Assembly (NCBI GenBank): GCA_010356995.1
Contig: ML996689.1
Span: 1,196,691-1,260,690 of the forward strand
From: Trichodelitschia bisporula
Taxonomy: Eukaryota
Direction: 5' to 3'
DNA: 64,000 nucleotides
Shown: in pieces, positions 12,609-24,900 of the stretch
Position numbering within the stretch: position 1 is the stretch's first letter
Layout of the letters: each line of letters opens with the position of its first letter
The notes under the pieces: model-generated
Databases searched by the model: none
Told to the model about the DNA's origin: nothing
What the model saw: only the letters and a program-made list of their open reading frames with translations
Position numbers and translations under genes: made by a program

Positions 12609-13361
12609 GGCTAGACCCGGTGGAGTCTGAGCGGCCTCTGCTCAGATGACATGCTCGAGAAGTAGTTGAGCTTTTAGAACTTGTAGGCAAATGATATTAC
12701 GACTTGACCAGAAATTTGCTTCACTGCAATGTGCTCGAACGTGAACTGTGGAACATGTCAACGGTACCTTGTAAAGATGCATCTATACCCTTGATCAACA
12801 TTTAGATATCATCTAGCACTCTTCTCGAGGCTCTATCTTGGGCTCCGGCTCGCGGTACGCTCTGAATCTCACAAGAATCTCGTGACTGAAATCATCATTG
12901 GGGAACTCGACTTGCAAATGGGGAGTTGCATGGATTTGATGCTTCTAAACAGACCGGCAAGTCCTCTAATGTATGGACTCGCATCGTATGACCTGCCAGA
13001 TGTGGATGAGTCAGTGCAGTCAAACGGCCTGATATGCTGGATGAGTGCCGTTAAACTATTGCTCCAAACGCCAGGTGTACTGAAGCCATATGAGCCAGCC
13101 CTCCTTGGTCACAACCCTGGACGGTTCTCGCGAAAGAGTGTTTGGACCTACAATACGTTATCTTGAGGTTGGGTTTGTGAAAGGATTACCAAACTTCCGG
13201 CTCATGTTTGTTGGCTTTGAGGGCGTTCGCATGAACGTTCCTTAACGCTCATGGCGTTTGTAAGCCCGCATCTACTATTCTTCAGGATTGATATATATAG
13301 CCACCGTCTGAAGCCATTACAGCTCTTGGTGGTAATAAGATATATCCTTCAATCCAGCGAT

Positions 13362-14988
13362 ATGCCCGGCTGCTTCGGCTTCGGTCCGGCAGGGTTGGGC
13401 GGGTTTATCCAGAGGTACTGGATGTGCGACTCCTGCACCTCGTTGAAGATGAATTCAACAAGCGCACTTCATCTATGCACTCGTCACAATATACCACTCA
13501 CCATTTTGAAGCTTATAAGCGCCGGGAATCAGCCAGGGCTCCAATTCACGACAACCGCCTCCATTGACCAGGGCCAAGTCCCTTAACACAAGCCAATGGT
13601 CCCAAACCGGACACAACTGACACAAGCATACCAAGGAGGGTTAACCGACGCAAACAGGAGAAGGGTCAGCGTAGTCGCCAGGGTGGCGGCCCTGATTGCC
13701 CTCCGTATGATGACTACGACGAGCAGGCCGAGAGTTATCCGGCAGGCGACTACGACGACCAGGCCGGCCAATACGACGACTGCGGCACAGACGACTGGGG
13801 CCAGTATGGTGACTTTGTCGCCAGCGGCAGCAACCCGAGCCCCTACAACGACGAGTACAGCTTCGCCGACCTCGACGACCTTCAGAATCGTATCGGGGGG
13901 CGTGGTATTCCTAATGCGACTCAGAGTTCTGCTGGCAAGCGGCCAGCTGGAGCTCGCTCTGAGAGTCAGGCTGAGAGCAGTAGGAGCAAAAAGGGGGGTC
14001 GCAATCATACTCCTACTCCTAAGGGTTATAAGCCGTCACCTTCACCTGCTTCACTGGCTAAGGGCCGTATGAGTGATCGTGAATCTGAGGGCCGTCGGAC
14101 TCTTCGTAGGCCAGTTCGGGCGCCTCCAACCCCTCGTGGAAGGGCAAGGGTCGTGCCGTTGAGCCACCGCGTCGCGCTGCTGAGAGCTGGGGAGGCCAAG
14201 GTAACGATCCTGATGATCCTAGCGACCCAGACGACGATGACGATGATGAGGGTGATGGTGACGACTATCACGGCAGTGAACGTGGCGACCGCGACTTTGG
14301 AGACCAGGATTCCGAGCCGGACAACAGGGCCTTAGCCGTTGTCCAGAAACTTCGAGAACGGCCTGTTAAGAAGCGTGCTCCGGTGTAGGATGATGAGCAT
14401 GCGGAAGAGGAGTATTGGGAGGAAAACCGACCTCGGGCTAGTAAGGCCACTGGCCCACCTCGTGGCCGAGGCCCGAAAGTGCCAGCTGCGAAGAAGCCAG
14501 CTCCTGTATCCGATGACGAGCATGAGGAGGAGGAAGATTGGGAGGAGCCTCCGCAACAGCCTCGGAGGCCCGCTCGTGCACCTGGACCTCGTCGTCAGAT
14601 GGCCCCCGCACCGGCCAACCTGGAGGAAAACGGGTGAGAAGAAGAGGAAGAGCAGTGGGGTAATTGCGGTGGGGCATTGGCTCGCCGAAGGAACGACGGG
14701 TTGTGGAGAGGTGGGGCGTGGGGTTCCGTCTTTGATGGCAACTATTGGGGTAGGGATGATTACTGGCATGGTGAAGGAACAGTGGCAGGCCGGTTTGGTG
14801 ACGACTTTTGGGGCGGCGGGGCGCGGAGGAACGACTTCGACGACGAGAACCAGGAATGGGAGGAGTACTACGAAGAGAAAGCATTTTACGAGGAGAATGA
14901 TCAAGAGGTTCATGAAGGTCAGTACACGTACCAGGAGGATGCACAGGGCGTTCGTGAGGGGAAGCGCCGGCAGGGCCAGAAGTTCTAA
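13362..14988 (+). pseudogene. Disrupted paralogue of the 11877 gene (Cys cluster plus long acidic/Gly/Trp low-complexity tail)
   Basis: MPGCFGF..MCDSC..CTRHN resembles PCDGF..MCDYC..CARHN. Protein-like text continues through frameshifts at C-runs (~13582, ~14132) and stops TAG 14386-14388 and TGA 14635-14637, ending RRQGQKF-stop. Confidence 0.65.
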
Positions 14989-15418
14989 GCATCGTAGGTC
15001 TAGTTTAGTTGTATTGACCGTGATTGAACTGAGAACAGAAACAAAGATTTTGACTTCCGAAAGCGCTACCGTATCTTGAGATGAGCAACATCGTTGTTTG
15101 ACGTTGGAGGAATCTCCGGGCCGCCGCCGAAGGGTCATCTCCGTACCCCGTGACTTGGACACCGTGACACCGTGACGACGTCAACCTCAAAGTTCCCCCC
15201 TCTTAAGCCTTTTCTGTCAAAACGCACTCAAGTGAGGCACCATCAAATATGGCACTACCAATCTGTTTATACACACGATCCTTTTGAACGGTCATCACAC
15301 AAGTCATGGTGTTACGGTAGAGTAGTCATCTTAATGACCTCTCTGGGAGAATCTCAGACTTGTTGATAGCTAACTAAGCTATTGCTCTCCAGACCGTCCT
15401 AATGTACCGGGCAGACTT

Positions 15419-16265
15419 TCAAGCCCCATTATATGTTCTGCCTTTTGAGTCCTTCGCCTTAGGCTTAGCATTAGGCGCGAACCTCACCCACTCATCCTCA
15501 TCACAGCTCTCAATCTCCCCGAGAACATATCCGCCCCCATCAACCTCCTCTAACTTTTCGGCCTTCTCCTTCTCCTTCTCCTTCTCCTTCTCCTTCTCCT
15601 TCTNNNNNNNNNNNNNNNNNNNNNNNNNNNNNNCCTTCTCCTTCTCCTTCTCCTTCTCCTTCTCCTTCTCCTTCTTGTCCTTCTTCTTGTCCTTCTTCTC
15701 GTCCTTCTTCTCGTCCTTCTTCTCGTCCTTTTTACCCTTCTCCTTATCCTCCTCCAGCTCCTCCTCCGCGGGCTCCTCCGCAGTCATCCCCCTCCCCCGC
15801 CCACAGCCCCGCCTTCGACCTCTCATCCCCCATGGCCCCCGCCCCCCTTCCCACTGCTCGTGTAATATCGCCCTAAAGGCCTCAAAACCGTGTCTCCCTC
15901 CCCTCCCCGGCATTTCCCTTCCCCCCCTACGCGAATCGTCCCCCGTCTTGCGCCAAGAAGAGGAACCCATCATCCCAGCCCTTGTCCTTATTAAGCGTAA
16001 CCTCAATGAGACCCTGTATCTTCAGCACAATAACGCGGTCTATCTTTTTGTTACACTTCTTTGCCTGACACCGCTGATCAGCACGGAGGATCCGCTCAAG
16101 GCAATCGCAGCAGTAGATGTGTCCGCAGGGATAACAGCCGACGGGGTACTTGGGGTACTTAGGGCGCTCGTTGCAGCCTGGACAGCGTTTGGTGGGCTTA
16201 AGGAGGGTTTCGTAGCAGTAGTCGTTAGATGAGCCGCGGTTTCCTGGACCACGTGCGTATGGCAT
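15419..16265 (-). pseudogene. RING-finger protein with RG-rich and KE-repeat tail, split by one frameshift (pseudogene or assembly error)
   Basis: CPGC..CYPCGHIYCCDC..CQAKKC RING. Removing one G from the G5 run near 15940-15944 joins ORF 15927..16265 to the frame of 15419..16006. TATAAAA upstream near 16345. Confidence 0.6.
15563..15730. repeat. (CCTTCT)n microsatellite and 12-nt repeats containing a 30-N assembly gap (15604-15633)
   Basis: Directly visible; encodes KEKEKE/KKDE on the minus strand. Confidence 0.95.
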
Positions 16266-17707
16266 GTTAGTGTGAATTGTGCGCGACTAGGTGTGTTGTG
16301 GATGGTATTGGAGATGGTGGTTATAGAGTGGAGTCGGGCTTTTATACCCTCCGGCGCGTGACTGGACGGGATGAATGCGCCGTGTGACTCCAGTCAACGA
16401 GCCGACTCACACGCCGTCAGCACAGCAGCATCTTTCTGACCCAATGGATCATGGCTCAAGGCACGTACAAAGGGAAAGAATGTGGAGTAAAAATCTTTTA
16501 ATGATGAAGGACAGGAGAAGGCCAGCGGCGGAGCCGCGAGAGATCAGTTACGCTGCCTTAGATCTCCTATATACTCTTTCCCGAGCAGCAAAGCTCACGC
16601 CCTATATTTATATTATGGTCCATCTCTTAGCCTCCGCCTGCTTCTCCTTCTCTGCTTCTCTCCGCTTCAGCCCCTCCGCTTCTTCTGCTTCTTGTGTTCG
16701 TACTTCTCGCAATTCTTCCTCTTCTTTTCTGCCGAACACCTTTCCTTTTGCTGTCGCCCCAACCGGCACTGCCGCTCTTTATCCATCCGTACAATATAGC
16801 TAAGACCGAGACGCTGTGAGTGACGTGTTGCTGGAGATCGAATGATGCTGTTTATTATAGTTGATGGACTAGCGGTTTGGCAGTGCAAAGCTCTGTACAA
16901 AGACGTGTTCGAATTGATGGAGCAATGCCGCGGCGATGTGTTGCCAGGAGAGATATTTAGTTTTGGCCCTCACCGGTAGGTGATTGGTGGTTATCGGTGC
17001 CTTGGGGAATTAGCAACGCTGGAAGTAGGTTGAGGAGTGAACTTACATTTTTGTGACGTTTGGATGGCTTTGGATGTGTTGGGTTGTTGTTGTTGTTTGA
17101 AATTGTTGTTAGTGGCAGATTGGTGATGCGATGTCGGGTTCGTGAAAACTGAGAAGCAGGGAAGAGGAGCGCCACACCCCTCTCCATGCAGATAATATAC
17201 CGAAGGCTACTGTATATGCCGGCTGGGTACCTACAGTTGCTTGAAACTGTGGTTAGTGAGAGGTTGTTGATGGGTGTCGGGTTTGTGGGAGCTGAGGAGC
17301 AGGAGAAGGGGAGCTTCACCCCCTCTCCATATATATAATACACCGAGGCCACTATTTATGCCGGCCGGGTGCTTGATGCCATCGTTGCCGGGTGTTTATA
17401 TACCCACGGCGGTACCCGGCGGCGATATATAGAATTATACTGTGGGACGGTCAGTAACGAGCGAACCATGTGTTATCAACATGGCAGCATCTTCCGAGCC
17501 ATGCCGCTCTTCATTCATTCAAACAAAATAGATACAAGACGCTTGAACGCAGTAACAACTGCCGGTGACCAACAGCAACAAGCCCACCATATGTATCCTG
17601 CATCGCAAATAAAAAGTCGGCGAAAGCGGATTACGCCTTTGCGACACAAACGCCGGCAGTGATGAAACGCAGAAGTCCGCGCACGATGTTCATCGCTCAG
17701 TCAACAC

Positions 17708-18430
17708 TCAACAACGCAACATCTTGCGAACCCACGCCGCCGTCTTCTTCATCCAACCAGGTACGAAACGCTCACACCCCTTGACCGACGCCTCACTAAC
17801 CGTGCCCGCCAAACTGCGCTCCCTCCCATACCAATGCATTTCCTGTGCCCTCTGCATCTCCGCTGAGTCCTGCTCTGCCAGAGCCTCCTCGATGTCCCAT
17901 AGCATAGCTGGGTGGACCGGGTGCTGGTGCCCGTCTTTCACGAAGGGGTAGTTCCCGTCGCGTGGGCGACGGGCGGCGGGGGGTTGGTGGGGGACCATGG
18001 GGGTGGTTGGGCTGAAGGAGATTAGTTGGCTGGAGAGAGGGTGGTGTGAGGGGGATGTACTTACTGGTGATTGGAGATGTTGTAAGGGGGGAGTTGAAAA
18101 GGGTGGTGGAGTTGGAGATGGTGATGGAGTTGGAGAGAGTTGTGGATTTGGAGAGAGTGGTGGATTTGGAGAGAGTGGTAGAGTTGAGTGTGGGGGAGTT
18201 GGAGAGTGTGGGGGAGTTGGAGAGTGTGGTGGAGTTGGAGAGAGTGGTGGAGCTGGAGAGGGTTTGGGGAGCGGCTGAAAGGGTTGCCATTGTACGCCAA
18301 GCAGTGAGCTTGAAGTGGCCGTCAGGAAAATGAACATCTCGAGAAGGAGCGCAAGCTGCAGATTTTTGATCTGCAGACTTTGGTGGGGAGTTCGGACGAT
18401 GGATGTGGGGCAATGGGGGTTGTATCCCAT
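17708..18430 (-). CDS. Hypothetical Pro/Ser-rich protein (start uncertain, possibly 18337)
   Basis: 240-aa ORF with SPTPPH/SPNPPL repeats and a protein-like C-terminus; no recognisable family. Confidence 0.35.
   Translation of the reverse strand: MGYNPHCPTSIVRTPHQSLQIKNLQLALLLEMFIFLTATSSSLLGVQWQPFQPLPKPSPAPPLSPTPPHSPTPPHSPTPPHSTLPLSPNPPLSPNPQLSPTPSPSPTPPPFSTPPLQHLQSPVSTSPSHHPLSSQLISFSPTTPMVPHQPPAARRPRDGNYPFVKDGHQHPVHPAMLWDIEEALAEQDSAEMQRAQEMHWYGRERSLAGTVSEASVKGCERFVPGWMKKTAAWVRKMLRC
18090..18262. repeat. Degenerate 18-nt tandem repeat (gagagtggtggagttgga-like)
   Basis: About nine imperfect units visible. Confidence 0.8.
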
Positions 18431-18912
18431 GTTCGTTGTTGTCGCGAGGCTTCAGCCTTGCCAAGTCCAGACGACACAAGGGGAAAGTAACAACACCATA
18501 CCATCCCAAGTCTCGAGCCATCACCACATTCAGACAACAACCACAGTTTGCCCCAGAACCCAAACCCCAAAGTTTGATGCAAAAAAGCAACCTTAAAATA
18601 TGCAAAAGCTCACCCCACCCCTCATGGTTGCTCTCCCGTAGGAGCAACCGTCAACAGGGTGGAGATATAAGAAAACCTGCAAACTCAAGTAGCCAACTGG
18701 AGAAGGAAGGTTTTGCTGGCGAGGGTCAAACCCGGGTGGCCGTGCGGAATAGGCAAGTGGGCGAAAGAGGAAGGTGGGAGGTAGCGGACTGAGAGATAAA
18801 CCACTTGACTATTCTGCCCCGGAGGACGGCGACTCGTTAATTAATGTTGGCAGCAACGGGGAATATAAAGGGACAGTCGGTTACCACGTCTCTGGTCTAC
18901 CCAGGCTTACTT

Positions 18913-19232
18913 TCAAGTAGTCAACGTCATACAATGCTGCTACAGCACCACACATCATCAAGCCCATCATGATGTAGAGCAACAACATATTCATCCCAAC
19001 CGTAAGTTAAAACATCAACACCCTAACCATACCCAAACGCCAGACGCCAACCCCCACTTCTCCCAGCTCCTTTTCCCACCATGTAGAACTAATCACTATC
19101 CCCATACTACTCAAACTCCCCACTCAACCCCTCCCCATCTTCATCATCACCAACAGCAACCTTTTTGCTCACCACTGCAGCCTACCAACCCCCCCTTTCC
19201 ACTCCCACCCCTAAAATCAAGCTTCCCGCGCC
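18913..19232 (+). repeat. Diverged direct copy of the TOP2 3' end and downstream flank (21685-22060)
   Basis: Identical 29-mer tcaagtagtcaacgtcatacaatgctgct at 18913 and 21685, followed by colinear similarity including ctaatcactatcc (TOP2 stop region). Confidence 0.85.
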
Positions 19233-19299
19233 TAACTACCCGTGTTTAAGCCCATCCCATACATCACCGCACCCCCGGCTCAACCGATACGCCTCCTTT

Positions 19300-20030
19300 G
19301 CTCCTCCCTCACATTATATTATGTCCCTTGCTTATATAAGAATGCTCCTCCTATAACCATGTTAGTCTCCTACACTCCGAAATTCCCTCCCTCCCGGTGG
19401 CATCATTGTAGGAGAGCTCGTAGGGGGATCCGAGCAGGTCTAGAGCGGCATCTGGTGGTGCAGGTGTCGATTGACGATGGCTGAGGAGAGAGACGATTGC
19501 GAGTAAAGCGAAGAGACCGGTAGACGTACCGATGGATTGATGGCGGGTTCAGATGGGTGGAAGGACGGTTCCGATCGCTCTGCCGTTAGGCTGCGTGATC
19601 CGAAGGAAATTTTTATATCCGACTGCCGTTTGGCCTGTTGGATTGAAGAGCCGCTCCGATTGTAGTGCCGGTGGGCCGTGCGCGTCGGAGAGGAGTGTTT
19701 CAATCGCTGTGCCGCTAGGCGGTGCAGGTCGAGACGGCGAGAGGGTAGGTAAGGCCGACCGCGTGGGCTGTAAAGCTGGCAGACCGAGGAGGGTATCTTG
19801 ATCGCTGTACCGTTGGGCGGTACTGGTTGAGGTGGGGTTGCTGAATGCTGTCCACAGTACCGTTGGGCTTTGCGGGTCGACAGAACACCTCTGCTAGTTC
19901 TACTGTGTCGTTGGACGTGCAGCGAGATGGGTGGAAGCGGCCCCGGCAGGTAGGTCAAAAACACAAAAGATGGTGATCATTCTCAGACTTCAGCTACCAG
20001 GGATGTAAGGCAGGGCTTACAGCACGTGCA
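19300..20030 (-). pseudogene. Possible decayed tandem paralogue of the 20167-21610 locus
   Basis: Stop-interrupted frame with a Pro-rich segment then GYKNFL..GLFALLAIVSP (neighbour: GFKNLM..GIFMIVAPS); intron-like gtaagc..ccttac..ctgag near 20020-19982. Confidence 0.35.
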
Positions 20031-20166
20031 TGACAATATGAAAATTGTGAAGTATCAAAGAAGACGAGGGAAAGAAGAGGATTCTGAGGACTCTCGCGAC
20101 GAGAAACATGTTGCGCATGGACGTCCATTGTACCTTCCTCCTCTTCGTTCCCCACGTCATGCCTTG

Positions 20167-21610
20167 TTAAGATGCTCCTTCAGACTCTACTGCATTTTCG
20201 CGTGACTCCAGAACTAGATGCCTTAACCTTAGCGCCTTAGCATCCTCCATGCCCACATCACCACTGCCGCGGCCACCACGCCCACCACGCTGGTCATCAC
20301 CACCCCGACCGCCAGCAGGACCACCCCCCCGGCCACCACCACCACCACCGCCCCGACCGCCAGGAGGAGCATCCCCGCCGAAGGTCTGAAGGGCAATGGC
20401 CTCCGGCTCTTCCTGCTTTTTGGGCGAGGCCTGGTCGGCAAAGATTGGGACGCTAAGCTGCATGTACCCGGCGTAGACCGAAACTCCCTGGGCGGTAACT
20501 GATTACCACACATAAATCGAAGGGGCGACGATCATGAAAATGCCGCTGATGGCGGCGATCGTCCACACAATTGTTGTGTAGGAGCCTTGAAGCTTCAACA
20601 GGGACTTGGCAGTCCGGTGGAGCCCAATACGCTGGGTGAGGAAGACGGCCATGAGGTTTTTGAACCCGGGGCCCTTCACGCTTGCGCTACCCGCAGGCGG
20701 GAGCGCAATGCCGGATAGTCGGGAAGGCGGGGTAAGTGGGGGGGGCACCGCGTTGGTACTGCATAAGAAATCCTAGGGTCGGGTCGGCGTAGCTGGGGTG
20801 AGGTATGCCGTAAGTGGTGGCCCTAGAGTCAGTAAAGGGATTGGAGGCAGCGGGGGGGTTAGATACGGCAGGCTGGCCCTGCGCAGGCGCCGGAAGTCCG
20901 GGGGTGTGCCAGCTGAGTTGGCCTGGAACACGATGCAGAAGTAAAGAGAGGCAATGATCAACACGTAGTTAAAGAACGTTCCCTGAGGGCTTAGTACGGT
21001 ACGGTAAGGAAGAGAAGTGCCTTACGAAGATCCATTTTTTGAACCATTCAGTAACTCGAGAATGCGTTTAGCCTAGACGTTCTCAGGATCACGAAACTAA
21101 GAGACGTCAGCCGTGCCTCGTTGTTAGAGCGATAGGCCATACCAATCCGTCGTGCCAGATGCTAATAAGGGTAGAAAGCGAGTCTTTACTGGCCCATTGC
21201 CGAACCGAAATGAAGGCTAGCTGGGCCTCGATCTATAGCAGAATGTTATAACATTCACCATCGCTAGGATAGACATTCGAGTCTTGGAGCTCGGAAAGCG
21301 TGGTGGAGGTTTGGAGGGGCGTAATGAACCGCTGAATCTGTGGGAGGGTTGCCCGCGGCATGCAATTATAGGTAATGAGGCACCAGTCAACATGGTACAA
21401 CACCACGGACCTTTGATGACTTTGAATGATGGGGATTAGTACACAGAATGGGACGATGTGTGGTTGAATGGTGTGGTGTGTAGTTGTGGGAGAAGAAAAG
21501 TCTGCGTTCAACTTCGAGCAAGCTTTATAGGGAAGGGGCGCGACCGTACCTTACCATAGCCCTCCGCAACCCCATGCGCCTTCCTTTGCTTCGTAGAAGT
21601 AAGCAACAAG
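20167..21610 (-). pseudogene. Decayed intron-containing orphan gene (hydrophobic segment, RGG tail) with upstream flank
   Basis: ORFs 20773..20964, 20503..20748 and 20167..20463 share one frame separated by single stops; introns 21142-21097 and 21025-20983 closely match those at 37565-37610 and 37820-37862. Confidence 0.6.
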
Positions 21611-21968
21611 GCAGGTGCAACCTCGAGCAAGCATAGGGAAGGGGCGGATTGTACCTTGCCATAGACCTCCACCACCCAATGCTATCAAGTAGTCAACGTC
21701 ATACAATGCTGCTGCTGCACCACACATCATCAAGCACATCATCCTGTAGAGCAAGAGCAACTTCATCCCAGCCGTGAGCTAACATCAACACCCTTAGCCA
21801 TAGACAGACACCAGACGCCAACCTCCACCCATCCCAACCGCTTTTCCCACTCCCAACACTAATCACTATCCTCAAAATCCCCCACTCAACTCCTCAACTG
21901 TCACCACCACCAACATCAAGCTTCCTGCCAACCGCCACAGCCCTCCAACCCGCTTTCCACTCCCACCC

Positions 21969-24900
21969 CTAATCACTATCCTCATCCTCCTCGAAATCAT
22001 CACTCAACTCCTCCCCACTCTCATCATCACTAACAACATACTTCTTGCTCACCGCCGCCGCCCTCCTTCCCGGCCTCGCCGCCGGCTCCGGTGCAGCCTT
22101 AGCCACAGCCTTAGCCGCACCAGGCTTAGCCGCAGGCTTCTTCGCCACCGTCTTGGCCTTCGGCTGCACAGCCTCCTCCACCTCACTATCGTCGAGGATA
22201 TCATTCGCCAAATCCCCCTCACTGTCCTCCTCGTCCGAGAAAATAGCAGTCTTCTTCTTCGCATATGCCTTCGCCGCCGGACTCAACGCTAACTTCTTCG
22301 GCGCGGGCGCAGGCTTCGGAACCGGCTTCTTCGCCATCGGTGCCGCCTTAGCTGCAGGCTTCTTAGCCACCACCTTAGGCTGTGGCATCGGCTCACTCAG
22401 CAACTCCTCATCCTCATCCACCTCCGAAATGAAAGTATCATTGCCCTTCCTCCCAGGCCTCCTCGGTGAGTCCGCAGGAATCAGTTTGGAATAATCCGTC
22501 TCATCGACGTCACTATCACTCTCCACCACGCCCTTCTTCTTCGTCAGCCCCGCCAGGCCAGCCGAACTCCCCGGGCGCCCGGTCACCGTCGTCGTAGCAG
22601 AGAAAAGCGGGCGCGGCGCCGTGGCAGCCGGTGCGCCGGACCCAATCCCCTTGACCATCATGCTCACGTCGCCGAGGTCGTCGCCGCCGTCTGAGTCGTC
22701 GGACGAGATGGCGTAGCGCACGGGCTTCTTTGCGACGGTACGCGAGGTGCGGGCTGGGAGCTTGGTCTCAGCGGGTTTGGTTTCCTGGGCCACGGCAGCA
22801 AAGACGTCTGTGTCGTCGATGTCGGATGAGGGGAGCAGGACGGGCTTCTTAGGCGCGGCCTTGGGCTTGACAGCGGGTTTGGCGGCCGCGGCTGGGGCCC
22901 TTTTCTTGACGGCCAGGATGGGCGGGGAGTCGGGGAGCGAGATGATCGAGTCGTCTTTGATCTCATCGACGTCCATAGGGCTGGCAGCTGGTAGCGCAGG
23001 TGCGGGCTCGGGCTCGGGATCCGGCTTCGGATCCGGCTTCTTGAAGAAATTGGCCAAGGTATTGGGGCCCTTGCTTTGGGCACGCGCCACCACGCCCTTA
23101 ACCGCAGGCTTCTTCTTCGCAACGACGAAATCGTCATCACTGCCGCTGTCATCACCCTTCTTCTTGCGACCCTTGCCAGTGGCCTTTATGCCAAGCTTGG
23201 CAGAGTGACGACGCGCCACGCCAGCAGACTTCTTAGCACGCTTGCGCTCCTCATCCAGGGAGTTAGACCACTCCTCGAGGAAATCATCGAGATCGCGGTT
23301 CCACAGATCCTTAGGCGAGAGCTTGATCAGCTCGTCGATTTCCATTTCCTTGTCGCCGATCTGCTTCAGGATCTTGTCGATGCGCTCTTGCGTCAGCGAC
23401 CAGATCGGCATGCCCAGCAGGTAGTCGTAGCCGTTAGCGGCGGTTTCGGTCTCCTCGCTGTCTTCCTCGTCGTCCATGGCTTGTGCGAGCTCGCCTGCCC
23501 GCGCGGCCTCGGAGACTTTGGCGAAGGCGATGAAGTTGAGGCGCTTGAGCTCCTCCATAAGGGCGGCCTTCTTCTTGCGCGAGATGACCAGGTCGCCGTC
23601 GATAATCATCTTGATGAAGCGCGCCTGGTTACTCATCCTGTCCAGATCGCGCTGCAGCTCAGCGAGCACATGCTGCTTGCGCCTCTCGTAGTACTTGAGG
23701 CGGACGTGGTAGAACTCCTCCATCATGTCGAGGGGCGTGTCGTACTTATGGATGCGGCCCTCGGCGTCGAAGGCGACGAGGTTGGACGTAGCCATGGTCT
23801 TGCTCAGCTTGAACGTGTCCTCGAGGCCATTCGCCATGACCGTGTCCATGTTCTTCTCGTCAAGCTTGATGACGAAGTGCACCTTGGTCGGAGTATTGTA
23901 GTCCACGTAGTCCTTGATGAAGGACGGTACCTTCTCGCCCTTGATGATGTCCTCAAGCCGATCCTTGAAGTCTTGCGTCCACATCCGCACTGGAAGCTCC
24001 GTGACCTCAACCTCAGTAGGGCTAATCTGGCGCGCGACTCCAGTGAACTTCCAGCGATCGCCTCCCAGGTCCTCAACCGTACCAGTAAACCCACGGAACC
24101 AGGGCTTCATAGGAAGCATGTCATCCTTGCAAGTACCAGCCATGCGGCGCTTGATATTGTCGACGACATCTTCGGGCTTGTAATTGGGAATCGACGTGCT
24201 CCACCCCGTTCCAATACCGTCGGCACCGTTGATCAAAATGAGCGGGACAACCGGCACAAAGTTATGCGGTTCGATGGGCTTCCCGTCATCCTGGTGGTAC
24301 GTCAAGAGCGCCTGGTCAGCAGGGTGGAACAGACGCTTCGCAAAGGGCGATAGCCGCGTGTAAATGTAACGCGGGGAAGCCGCATCGGCACCACCCATGC
24401 GCCGACTGCCGAAATTGCCGCTGGGCTCGAGGCAGATGACGTTGTTCGACCCGACAAAGTCTTGCGCCAAACCGACAATGGTCTGCTGCAGGGACGTTTC
24501 ACCGTAGGCGTAGGCGGTGGTTCCGGACACAGTACCAGCGAGTTCCACGACCTTGAGATCCTTTTTCAAGTTCAGCTTGAGGGCCGTGTGGATGACCTTC
24601 CGCTGCGAAGGCTTGAGCCCGTCGATGACAGAGGGAATGGAACGTAGATTGTCCGCCATGCTGAAGAGGATCAGTTCCTTGTTCACGAAGTCGCTGTAAC
24701 TGATGAAGTGGGCTCTCATGTCCAGGAACGTGCCGGGTACGAAGTCGCGCAGCCAGTTCTTGCGCGCATCAGCCTTCTTCTTCGAGAACGCAAGGTCAAT
24801 CAGCTCGGCTTCCTCCGTCTTCATCGGTTCAAACTCCTTGAGATGCCGGTCCAGATCGCCGAAGTACACCTCAGCCTCCTCCGTCTTGCTGGTTCCCAAC

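Noticed and set aside
16610..17050. Minus-strand E/K-rich coding-like fragment (GRKEEEELREVRTQEAEE..)
   Set aside because: Could be another gene relic, but I could not assemble a consistent model or family.
13362..21610. RIP as the cause of pseudogene decay
   Set aside because: Some stops fit CpA-to-TpA changes but others do not, and the region is not AT-rich; a computed RIP index is needed.
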